Shown piece by piece: positions 52,260-64,000 of a stretch of 64,000 bases of DNA (positions are counted from its first letter, which is position 1; every line of letters begins with the position of its first letter). A program made the translations under genes and the position numbers. The notes under the pieces were generated by a model. That model did not search any database. It was not told the DNA's origin and saw only the letters and a program-made list of their open reading frames with translations. Source of the DNA: Oikopleura dioica (Eukaryota; Animalia; Chordata); NCBI GenBank assembly GCA_907165135.1, contig OU015568.1:8618001-8682000 (forward strand), written 5' to 3'.

Positions 52260-55200
52260 ATGTCGTCGATTCTTCGGTCGGAAGAGATGTGCCTAGCACA
52301 GCTCTTCTTGCAGGTAAGAAAACTCAAGTTTAGACCGATGATTTTATTCAAATTTTGATAAAATTGGCTTTCGTTTCATTTTTTCCTAGTCCGATGCCGC
52401 TTATTCCTGCATTTCTGAGCTTGGCGAACTTGGTCTGGTTCAATTTCGCGACTTGAACGCTGATGTCTCCGCGTTCCAGCGCAAGTTTGTTCCAGAACTT
52501 CGCCGCTGCGACGAGATGGAAAGAAAACTTCGCTACTTGGAAGAAGAGCTTCAAAAGCCGATATTCCGGTCATCGACAACAATGAGAGTCCCGAAGCTCC
52601 CTTGCCTAAGGAAACGCTTCCTTTGGAAAACGACCTGGAACAGCTGGAGAAGCAGATGCGCGAAGTCTCGCAGAATCAAGAACAGCTAAATAAGAACTTT
52701 TCTGAATTGACGGAGCTCAAGCACGTTCTCCGAAAAACCCAGGTCAGTCTGAGCAAGTAGCCATCTTTCAACCCCTTTTCAGAGCTTTTTCGAAGAAGCC
52801 CAAGACTTCGCAGCGCAACGACCGGGCGCTGTCGATCCCGAAACTGGCGAAGAAGAAAGAATTCGGTTACTGAACAGGCCCGCTCACTTCAGATCCATTA
52901 AAAACTTTCATATTGTTATTTTTCATGTTTCACGCGGCTCTGATTTGCTGCACGAGGAAAAACGCATTCGGAAACAAAAAATCGGCCAAGGCGTTTTTCT
53001 TTCTTAATTTTCTTGTCACGTGCATGTTCTTATTTGATGATTACCCATTCCAAGTATTCTCCGAGCATGAAACCTTCAACTATATTTGGTGAATTTTGAT
53101 TAATCTCCTCGTATTCGTCTTGTAAGTCTGTATAAGTCTGATTGTTCATTCTTCGTTTCCATTTTGGGCCGATTAGGTGTTGGCTTAGCCGCTCACAATT
53201 GACGGTACTAGTCGCTTCCGCTTGAAAATTGTGTGTAGGGGAAAAGGTGCTAAACAAATCACGTATCAGTATCAATTTTTACGCAAAAAACTAGAATAGT
53301 GGGTAGATCATCGGCCCTTGCCACATCTTCTTTGGATTGTAATTGAGCCCAAGAATAGCACTGGACATGAGGAGATGTCTACCAATCCTCTTCGACTTGG
53401 ATTCATTGCTGGAGTCATTGTCCGAGAGCGCATTCCGCTCTTTGAACGAATACTCTGGCGAGCCTGCCGAGGTTAGAATTCCGTTTCGATCGATTTGTTT
53501 TAAGAAATGTTTCTTAGGAAATGTATTTTTGCGTCACATCGAAATCGATACACCCCTGAAAGACCCTGTTACTGGACATGAAGTTCACAAGTCCGTGTTT
53601 ATCATCTTTTACCAAGGTATTCCCCAAAGCGTAGATTCACTTTTGCAAGACTTTTCTAGGTGAACAGCTCAGAAGCCGAACAAAGAAAATCTGCGAGTCG
53701 CTCAAAGCCTCGATCTATCCCTGCCCGGAAAACCCTCAAGAGCGCCGCGAAGTCGCTATGAATGTCATGACCCGTATCCAAGACCTCGATCAAGTTCTGA
53801 AAACGACGAACGAGCAGCGAAATCGCATCCTCGCCCAGGTCGCGCGAAACATTCGAGTCTGGTTCATCAAGGTTCGAAAAGTCGCTGCAATTTACCACTC
53901 GCTGAATATGTTCTCCGTTGATCTTGGTCAACGATGCCTGATTGGCGAAATCTGGTGCCCAGTGGCTGAGATTGATCGGATACAACTAGCCCTGCGTCGT
54001 GGAACTGAGCGCTGCGGAGCTTCTGTCAACTCCATTCTTCACCGAATCAAGACGAACATGACCCCTCCGACGTATTTCCGCACGGACAAATTCACCACCG
54101 GTTTCCAGGCCATCATCGAAGCCTATGGCGTCGCTGACTACCGCGAAATTAACCCTGCTTTCTTTACCATCATCTCGTTCCCGTTCCTCTACGGAGTTAT
54201 GTTCGGTGATATGGGCCACGGAATCATCATGGCTTTGGTCGCTGCATTCATGTGTTGGAAGGAAAATGAAATCGGGCGGAAAAAGGACTTGAACGAAATG
54301 ATCGAGATCTTGTTTAGCGGACGCTATATCATTCTGCTCATGGGCTTGTTCTCTACCTACGCCGGTTTTATCTACAACGATATTTTCTCCAAATCTTTGA
54401 ATATCTTCGGCTCTTACTGGACTGTCAGTGACCAACCGGGCATAGAAGATTGGCTGAAAACTGCTCCCGCTGAATCTACGATCCAATTGAACCCGAACTA
54501 CACCTCTGACGGCCCGTATCCTTATGGAATGGACCCGATCTGGCAGCTTTCTAGCAATAAGATCGTCTTCATCGACTCGTTCAAGATGAAGGGCTCCGTT
54601 ATCTTGGGAGTCACTCACATGTGCTTTGGCTTGGTTCTTTCTTACTTTAACCACAAGCACTTCAACGATCACGTGACGATCATTTGGGAGTGGATTCCTC
54701 GATGTCTCTTCATGGGCTGCATCTTCGTCTATCTCTGCTTGACTATCTTCATCAAGTGGATATTCTGGGATGCAACGACTTCTGGCAGTGCTCCTTCTTT
54801 GTTGATCAATCTTATTGGCATGTTCATGTTGAAGACTCCAACAAAGGATGATAACACATGGGTCTACGGTTCCCTAAATGCTGACGGAGAAGCGACGGCG
54901 CAAGGATTGGTTCAGAAGTTCTTGCTTTTCATCGCCTTTGCCAGCTTGCCAGTTATGCTCTGTGCCAAGCCGTACATCAAGTACAAGGAGTGGAAGGACC
55001 GACGAAACCGGAGCACGGCCAATTTTGGCGGAGTCCGAGTTGAAATCGAAGGCAACGACGATACAGAAGGAATCCTCGACGGAGACGAGCTTGCGCGTGA
55101 AAACACTCAAGAACAGCCTCAAGAAGAAGTTGAAGAGTTCGATATCGGCGGAATGGCGATTCTGCAGATTATTCACACGATCGAATTCGCGCTTGGTTGC

Positions 55201-55565
55201 ATTTCGCACACTGCTTCTTACCTTCGTCTCTGGGCCCTGTCCTTGGCTCACGCTGAGTTGTCGGAAGTCCTTTGGAACATGGTTTTGAAAATGGGTCTTT
55301 CTATGTCTAGCTCTGGCTCTGTCGGTGCGATCATGAGCTATTTGGTCTTCTGGGCTTTCGCATGTCTCTCTGTTGGTATTCTCATTTGCATGGAAGGTAT
55401 TAGAGCTCTTATCAGGACGAATTTTAATTATTTTTTCAAGGTCTTTCTGCATTCTTGCACGCGATGCGTCTCCACTGGGTCGAGTTCAACGACAAGTTCT
55501 ACCACGGAGAAGGAATCATCTTCAAACCCTTCTACTTCCAGTCAATTTTGTCCGGTGAAGAGTAG
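52260..55565 (+). CDS. ATP6V0A1: V-type H+-ATPase V0 subunit a (100-116 kDa)
   Basis: [25 protein letters not shown]...[77 protein letters not shown] and LHWVEF. The paralog assignment is approximate. Confidence 0.93.
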
Positions 55566-55850
55566 ACTTCATTCATTATTTAATCATTATTTCACATGTA
55601 TCGTCACAATTATATTCTGTCATCGTTCGTTCGAATTTCTTCATTTCAAAATTTATCTTATCAACATTTCGGCAATAAATATAAACTCCTCATAAAATCA
55701 TCCTTCAAGATATTCGTAAAAACTGATATCTGATCTTGCGAGAAGTGTTTTCTGTGAAAGGATTGAAAAAGAAGTTTTTATGATTGTTTTCGTTGACATT
55801 TAGCAGCTAAGCTTGGTGAAAGGCGAAGGAGGCTGGTAGTGAAACAGAGA

Positions 55851-57578
55851 ATGAGATATTTTGTACTTTTGATTTCGAATTTTGCTTTAGCGTCGAAGAT
55901 AAAAGTTTTAAAAAATTGATAAGGTCTTCGAGATTCAGGAAACGTAAGATTTTCGTCATAATTATGTCAAATTGAAATCTCCAAAAAGCGAAACAGACAT
56001 CGATGGTGGATCAATAAGATGCGAAAATAATGAGTGCTCTCTAACTTGCAATGAAAATCATATTCTCGAGGGAAGAGAGACTTCCAGATGCATCTATCTT
56101 CGAGGCTTTAATCGCTGGGAACTGAAAAGAGAGCTAGGAACTTGCGAGGCCATACGACGAAAACAGGACGGCCTCGATTGCGATGAATTCTCGATCAGCC
56201 ATGAATTCAGAGTCAACTACAAGCATGGCAAGAACGGAAGAAGCAGGGCAATTATAAAATGCACAAACAATCAGCCGGTCAAAATGAAAGGCGAAATCTA
56301 CCCTCGCATTTATGCTGCGTGTTTTTGCAAGCATTCCTTGTGCCAGTGGACTTTCCGGGCGCAAGACTGGAAGTACGAGAGGGAGAATAAGTATGAACGA
56401 GATCATGATATTTTGGAAATAAGCCTCGCCGAGTTGAACCTGAAATGCATGCCTTCCTTTGAGCCACTGGAGAATCAAATTAAATCAAATCTGACGACAT
56501 GTTCTGCAAGAGAAAATGAAACCGGCGAGCGAAAACATCTGAGAATCGTAAATGGCGAAAAAGCTAGCGTAAAAACTTGGCCGGGTTTTGCTTACTTGAG
56601 ATTCTGTGGAGCTACTGTTATTTCCCATGAATGGATCGCTACAGGTTTATTTATTTTCTCTTAATTTTGTTTTATATATATTTTAGCTGCTCATTGTCTC
56701 GACTATAATTTTTTATATGACTTTCATAACCTTGAAATCGAAATTGAAACTCCAAATAATACGCTAGTCAATATAACCACAGAGAGAATTTTTCTTCATC
56801 CTGAGTACCTAACTATTCAATCGAATTATCGACCGATTGAACAGGAAGAATATGATATGGATTATGGTTTTTTATGAGTAATTTTTCAAGCATGAGCATC
56901 AAAAGAACCATGAAAGCGTTGATCAAGATTCCGTCAGTCGAAGAATATGGTATTCAATATCCATGCTTGTCGGACATTAAAAAATTAAACCGTAAGTAAG
57001 AATTTTTCTCATCTTTTTTATACTGAAAATAAGACGGGAAAGCCTGTTGGACTGCTGGACGAGGCTCGCTGTATGAAAAAGGCGATGGTGCTTTTCAGGA
57101 ATTTCAATCAGGTGACTATATTGTTTCCCCAAAAATCAAAAACTATTCTTGAAGTTGGAGTAAATATCATGAGCAGAAATTATGTGGAGTTGAAGACAGA
57201 GCCGATGACAGCGTTCATGAACAGTGACGTTTATAAACATGGTTTTTCTTCCTGCGTATTCTGAGGAATAATATTATCCTAGATTTTAACATTTATGCGG
57301 GGATGCCAGATCTGGATAATGATGGACTGCTCGACGGAAAAATTGATAGCTGCCAAGGTAGCTTTGATGTTGAAGAATCCTATTTAAACTTCTCCTAAGG
57401 CGATTCTGGTGGACCTCTCATCTGTGATGTGGATGGACATGCAACTCTAGTCGGCGTTGTATCGAGAGGTATCGGCTGTGGAAGAGAAGGACAAGCGGGT
57501 GTTTATACCAGCATTGGTCAGAGTTTGTCCTGGATTCAAAAGACTATCAAAAACTTCAAGAAAAAATCTAATGAATAA
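55851..57578 (+). CDS. Secreted trypsin-like serine protease with Cys-rich (CCP-like) N-terminal modules
   Basis: Signal peptide MRYFVLLISNFALA, activation site R|IVNG, catalytic motifs WIAT|AAHC, MDY|ALIKI and DSCQ|GDSGGP, then GVYT. Confidence 0.88.
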
Positions 57579-57761
57579 AATTATTCCAAGAACTCTTCAT
57601 TTATTTTCTTGCCCATCGCCTCAAAATTATCGCCATAGCAACGCGCTCTTTTCCCTCTCCGTAGTAACCAGAAATCTTCGTCATTATCTCAAAAAACTAA
57701 CTCCGAGATTTTTTTAATTGTTAAAATGACGGATTAAAATCCAAGAGAAAAAAATCTAAAA

Positions 57762-60700
57762 ATGAAGAGATCCGTGGTTATCTCGGAAAACCACTCAAAC
57801 TTACCCGATGATCTTCGACAATCAATGGTCAGTTATGTTGTGGCGCCGAGGAATCCTGTGTTGATTAAAGAACCAGAAAATGAGAATTTTGAGAAGATCA
57901 AGCCATCTCAGGAAAGATCGACAAACATTACTCTCGCAAAGATTTTTATCTGTAGTTTGTTTTGAATTTACTTTGTTGAATCAAAAAAGTACATTTCATC
58001 CATGAGTTTGGACACAAACGACCGTTTTAACACGAATCGCCACATGAAAGTCCCCCAAATCGTCGAACTCCTGGAACTCGGCGATAAATCGTACCAGAAA
58101 ACCTGTCGAGTAGACCTTGACCAGACCATTTTCCAGCCTTATCCTTCTGATTTCGTGTTCCAGAATTTCAAGCCATTTCAAACTTATGAGCTTCCTCTTG
58201 AATTGCGAAACAAGGACGCAGTACCAAGACTCGTAAGGGTCAAAGCAGAGGACTCGCCGTATTTCAAAGTGATTGCTCCGCCAGATCATGCGAAGAAAGT
58301 GGCTCCTGGAATGGCCAGTACTTACAAACTCCGGTTTATTCCAGACGCAGTGAAGGATTATTTTCATGAAATCATCGTGACATCAGAGCGGGAGAAGTTC
58401 ATCATTCCCATCAAATGCATTGGAGCAAGAGGAGTCGTTGATTTTCCTGATGTGATCGACGTCGGCGACTCCCCAGTCAAAATGAGTCGAGAGAAGACAC
58501 TGCTGTTGAGAAATATCGGAACAGATACCGCGAGATTCACAGTTGGCTTCAGTTCCGCAGCTTTTTCAGCGAGTCCATCAAGCGGGGAACTTGAACCTGG
58601 GCAGTTGATGCAGATGACGGTAGAATTCAGTCCCCTGTTCGCGATGAAGTACGAGGCGGAAATGAGAATTTCCTACGACACAGGGGAAGAAATTTTCTCT
58701 GATCTTCAAGGAAATGGAATCAGTATCGATGCGCGATTGTCTCACAAGAGTATTTCAATAATGCCTACCTACATTGAAATGGCGAATTTTCAAATCTTCA
58801 AGATAATGAATAACTCAAGCGAAACCGTGAAGTACTTCTTTTCAAGCTACGCATTGAAGGAAGACGAAGATATAGCGAAAACTGCGACGCTAGAATCAAT
58901 TCAAGCGGAAGAAGACAAGGAACGAAAAAGATTTCTTGAAGAACAAAGCGCGAATCCCGAGCTTGCTGATAAGATTTCTATCCTCACAAAATCCTTCCAG
59001 AACCAGCGAGATCTGATTTCTACAGATCCAATGGTGCTAGAAGAAGCAGAGTTGGAAATTTCGCCAGTCGAAGGAATCATCCTTCCGGGCAAAGAAATGG
59101 AGGTTCACGTGGTTTTCAAGCCAGATCGAATCGGACAGTATAAGAAAACTGTTTTCTGTGACATTCAAGGTCGCGAAAATCGAATTCCATTGACGATCGA
59201 AGCTCGCGGAATCGGACCGCAGCTTCGGCTGAGCTACGATTCTGTCAATCTTGGAAAAATTTTCGTCGGTTCAAAGCACACTTATGAAATTGTGATGAAA
59301 AACCGCGGGGAAATTGAGGGAATCTTTTCAATTCGAGAAAAGAAATCAGAAATTCGGAACCAATTTTCGTTCGATCCAACAGAAGGGATTGTCATGAAAG
59401 ATGGTTATCAACTAATCAACCTGTCGATTGATGCGCAGCTTCTTGGATCATTCGAAGAAGAATTCAAGTTTGAAATCGATGGGACAAATACAGAGTTGAG
59501 CCTCAAGGTTTCTGGTGAAGTTATTGCTCCAAGCATGTCGTTCGAACTTGAAAAACTGAATCTCGGCCTGATCTCCACGAGTTTTGAAAAATCAACTACA
59601 ATTTCCCTCAAAAACATTTCCCTCGTTCCTGTGAATTTTGTAATCAAGTCGACAGCGCGAGAAATTTCATTCGATATCAATGAGGGATTTCTTGAAGCAG
59701 AGGAGTCAGTGGAGCTCGAACTGGTTTATAACGGAGATGAACAGAAAGCATTTGAAGGATCTGTCTACGTCGACATTCCAAATATAGCTGAGCGTGTTGC
59801 AGTTCTTCCGATAAAGGCTCAAGTCCAATCACCACCGGTTCAGCTTACAGAAAGCATTCTCGACATTGGCTGCTTATTTCTCGGCCATGAGTACCACGCC
59901 TCTTTGACTCTTCAAAATGACCATGCTCGTCTTTCCGCGCGCTATCGACTTCTACCTCCTGTTGATGCTTCCCTCAAAGTTGAGTCCTTTTATCCTGAAG
60001 GCTGTGTGGATCCAGATTCAAATTTTGTCGTTCCAATAACAGTAACGCCTTCCAAACTTGGCGCGTTTAACAACACCGTCGGCTTAAAAATGGCCGGAAT
60101 AGATGAACCGCTGATGACGACAATAACTGGCACTGTTGCAGGACCTGTATTAATTCCTATCGAGACAAAAGTAGATCTAGGGAATGTGAAAGTGCTTGTG
60201 CCTCAAAAAAATCCTCATAAAATCACGCTGCAGAATGAGTCTCCGATTCCTGCGAAAATATCTGTGTCAATGAGAAAGGATCAGAATATTTGGAAGCTCG
60301 AATACCCAGAAATTGTGGAGCCAGAATCACACGCTGAGATTTTAATAAACGCAGTCCTTGATGATACCCTTGATTTTAGAGATGAAATGGTTATTGATGT
60401 TGAACACGCAAATCAGATCATTATTCCTGTTCGAGCAAAAGGAATCGGTACTACAATCGTGGCCCGACCGGCTCTGGGCGGACCAAAAGCAGGGTTAGAT
60501 CTGGGATGTCAATTTGCTACGAGAGAATTTGGAAAAGAAATCACCTTCACAAATTTCGGAAGAAGGCATCATGCGCTCACTTGGTTTGTAGCCGGTTACG
60601 AACGACTTTCGCAAAGAGACATTAACGAGAGAAGGGCTTATGAAGAGCGGAAAAGATCAAAAGATGTAAAATTCAAAAGCGCACCTGACTTGCCTCCACC

Positions 60701-63700
60701 ACCACAGAGCATTTTCGAGCTGTCAAAGATGGATTTTGAGTTGGAACCAGGGCAAAGTATCAAAGTCAAGCTCTTAGGCCTATCGCCGGAACCTGGAACA
60801 GTTCGAGAGACACTCCAATGCCACGCTGTTATCGGTCGGAAAAAAGGACGAGAGCGAATCTTCAGCATTCCAATTCACTGTCAATTCATCGAACCAGTCC
60901 TTCTTATTTCTCAAAAGAAACTAGAATTCAGATTCGATAAGGATACTAAAGACGAGCTTCAGGATGTTGAAGGATCGACAGAAATTACAAACAGTGGAGA
61001 TGTCGATTTACGCTTTGATCTCAAAACTGTTTCGCCATTTTATGTTGGAAAAGTTGGTGAGAAATGTGTCAGTCACATTTTATCCCCTGGCCAAACTGTA
61101 GAAGTCAACGTCGTTTTCCATACTGGCTTCCAGAAGCATTACAGATCTTCACAAACAATTTCTCAGCTTCTCATTGATTACAAAGATCATCCAAGTAAGG
61201 ATGTCGTCGAGCTTGTTGGCGAACTAAACTTTCCGAATATCGAGTTCAATCACGCGGACATCAACTTTGGCCCGATCAGAAACGGAACTGAAAAAGCAGC
61301 AGTTGTTACAATGTCGAATAAATCGCCAATGACGACAGAATATCGCTGGTGGTTCGAGATTGACGATGAGTTGGGAGTTTTTTCAAATCGAAAAGAGCAA
61401 CAGGACGCTCTTGTTCGATCTGCATCTGGGCTTGGTACAAGTGCGCCTTCTCGTGAAGCCACGAATACTGACGGAACAGAACCTGAGCTTGCTGATTTAG
61501 CCAGAGATTTACCAGGTATCGACGATGTTTTTGACATTCGTCCAATTTTCGGCAAACTGGAGCCTGGAGAGCAAATTCAAACAACAATTCTATTCAATGG
61601 TCATCAAGACATCAATGCTCTCTGTAGAGCTGTTTGTGAAGTAGACGGCGGGCCACAGTACGAGCTGAACATTGCTGGAGCTTCCGCTGATGTGAGATAC
61701 AGTGTGTCAAGCGAGACGATAAAATTTGGAAAAGTGATGTTCGACAGTTTGGCCGAGAGACAATTCACGCTCAAGAATACTTCTCTTGTTCCTTTTGATT
61801 TCTCCCTTTTGGGAGGAATAAAAGATTTGTCAGCAATCAATCACGACGAGTTTTTCATATCTCCAACTCACGGTCATCTTGGATCCTTTGAAGAGGCCAA
61901 GATTACGATAATTTATCTTCCTGGCTTCCCGCACAACTTTGAGAAAGCATTTTCTCTTATTGTTGCTGATTTTCTTCCGGCTGAGATGAAAATTACTGGA
62001 AATGCAGTTTTCCCTAGAATATCTCTTGATTTGCCTAGAAAAGGAGGAGATGAAGATCTTTCCGCTATCATCGATCATATTCGTGGAGATATGGAGAAGG
62101 AACGGCCGGATATTTCGGAGCGGGAAATCGAGCTAGAAGCAGAAAGACTCATCATTTCGGCAAAAGCCCAGGATATGCCTGCTCATGAGCTGATGATCTA
62201 CCAAAAACGACCTCCTTTCTATTTGGCAGACTATGAGCTTGATCTTGGACCGGTTATTCTCGGTGATGTTCGAAAAGCACTCATTAGAATCGATAATTTC
62301 GGAGACATGCCTGTTGCTTTTGCACCTGATGTACGGGAGTTGGATAATTTTGGCTTCTTTTGCGAAGTCTCTAGAATTGGGAAAATGGAGCCGGGTCATA
62401 CCGTCTCAGTAGAAATCACATTCGATCCACGATCTGTTGACTTACCAGTTGGTCAAGTCGGTCCAGTATGTGTTCCTATTCAAATCGAGCGAGGACCGGT
62501 AGTGAATCTTCATATAAAAGCTTTGGTTACAATGCCTAGACTTCTAGCCACTCTGGATAAACAAAACACTCCAGAGCCAAGAATCAACGTTGCTTTTGGC
62601 GAGGTAGAATGTGGTCGAGTAAAAGTCGTGACTGTGCAACTCTACAATGAGCTGCAGGTTGAGTCATCCTGGAAATGGCAAAAGTACAAAGACAAGAGAT
62701 TCTTCATTGATCCTCGACTTCCATTGCACCAGAAAAAGGCACTGAAAGAAGCTCAAAAGCCTCTCCCGCGAATCTTTCAAGTATTTCCAGAAGAAGGCAT
62801 TCTAGCGCCGGGAGAACGATCTACAGTTCAGGTGGAATTCATGCCGACAGAAGAGAGCACTTTCGAAGAAAATCTTCTCATCTTTGTCGACAACTCAACC
62901 CAACGAATGGAATTTAACGTCTCTGGCTCTGGAGTTTGTCCAAGTCTCATTTTCTCCAAATCACCGATTGAGCTCGGTCCCATTATGCCTGATTCTGCGG
63001 GAGCAACAGAAACTTTCAGCATCAAAAATAATTCAAAAGTCGAGGTGGAATTTTACTCGTTGGACTTTGATGAGAAATATTTGAAAGAAGAAGAGATGAT
63101 AAGAAATTTGGCCGAGAAGAACTTTAATGCATTCCAAAACGTAAGAATGCCGACTCGAAGACCCGGGCAGAGCTTACCCTTTATCGAATACATCAAAGAG
63201 GAGACTCCTCCTTCCGTTTCAGAAGACGACGAATTGATCAAAACTGAGCCTAAGGACCCTCTCGAGCTCGCGTTGGAGAAGCACTCTGGAATCGACAATT
63301 CGCCAGAAGGTCTTGCTGCGCGAAATCGACTTGGTTTCAGTGGAATTATCTGGGGAGCGCCGTTCAGTGGCAAGTCAACTTTGGCAAAGCAAATGTCTGA
63401 AAAATACGATACTGTTGTTGTAACCATCGATGAAATACTCGCGAGTGCAGTTCAGTCCCCTAAATCAGCTGCGAGCAAAACAGCTCGCGAAAAGTGCGAA
63501 GAAGAGTCAAGAAGATTGGAACAGGAAAGAATGAATGCATTGGAATCAGAAGATACGACAAAGGAAGCTCCTGCGTTGAGAGATGATGCCTCTGTGATGA
63601 CTATGAGAACCGGTGTCACTCAGAATACAAGCAAGCCGTCGAGAAGAGGAGGAAAGGTCAAGAATATCCCGGAAGAGCCAAAAGTCCAAAGCCTTCTTCC

Positions 63701-64000
63701 CCAGAAAAACATCGAGCGTCTCGAAAGCGAACTTACCGACGCTGCAGAAGCTAACCGCCCACTGGTCTCAACAGTTTTACCAGTCGATCTCGCCGCTGAA
63801 ATCATCTCAGAAAAACTTCAAGAAAAAGAATTCTACAAAGGAGTGATTTTCGACGGAATAGAGTCGAGTTTTCTGACAAAGCTCAAGGACAGCATGGAAG
63901 TTTTGCTGAAAGCACTTAACAATCGAAAACATCTTCGGGTGTTTCATTTGCCACTCACCATGGCAGATTACCTGGAAAGGGTTAAAAAAGCAAAGCGCAA
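57762..64000 (+). CDS. HYDIN: HYDIN axonemal central-pair protein; 3'-partial
   Basis: KIKPSQ|YISSMSL...PQIVELL...DLDQTIFQPYPSDFVFQNF...LRNKDAVPRLVRV, repeated ASH/Ig-like domains and the P-loop-like GAPFSGKST. The frame is the same at every point checked (57990, 60000, 62040, 63960). Confidence 0.92.

Noticed and set aside
57996-63805. Minus-strand ORFs opposite HYDIN, and similar antisense ORFs opposite V-ATPase, ELYS, Vps15 and NHS
   Set aside because: These are shadow ORFs of real coding frames with no motifs or splice support.

Overview
This is a gene-dense eukaryotic window with many 30-80 nt introns, several non-canonical GA-AG introns and tightly packed same-strand genes that have splice acceptors just upstream of their ATGs. 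That profile best fits a larvacean tunicate such as Oikopleura (inference). Gene models were assembled by eye across introns, so exon boundaries are approximate. Genes found: a CYP450 (5'-partial), a catalytically dead secreted PLA2-like protein, a claudin-like protein, an orphan single-pass membrane protein, an intronless serpin, a minus-strand operon-like run (MORC, ELYS/AHCTF1, a METTL21-like half gene, PIK3R4/Vps15, DNAJB13), a four-TM protein, two tandem C2H2 zinc-finger genes, an NHS/WAVE-homology gene, V-ATPase subunit a, a trypsin-like protease and HYDIN (3'-partial, apparently one exon of >6 kb). No rRNA, tRNA or CRISPR array was seen. The most striking accessory content is two large non-autonomous TIR elements that both sit inside coding exons. 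One is a 4.4-kb foldback element with an 8-bp TSD (30843-35271). The other is a 3.7-kb element with ~160-bp TIRs (45449-49175). Their termini and TSDs are unrelated, yet both carry tandem arrays of a homologous 56/57-bp unit rich in GAA-loop hairpins. Four smaller MITEs with clean TSDs are also present.
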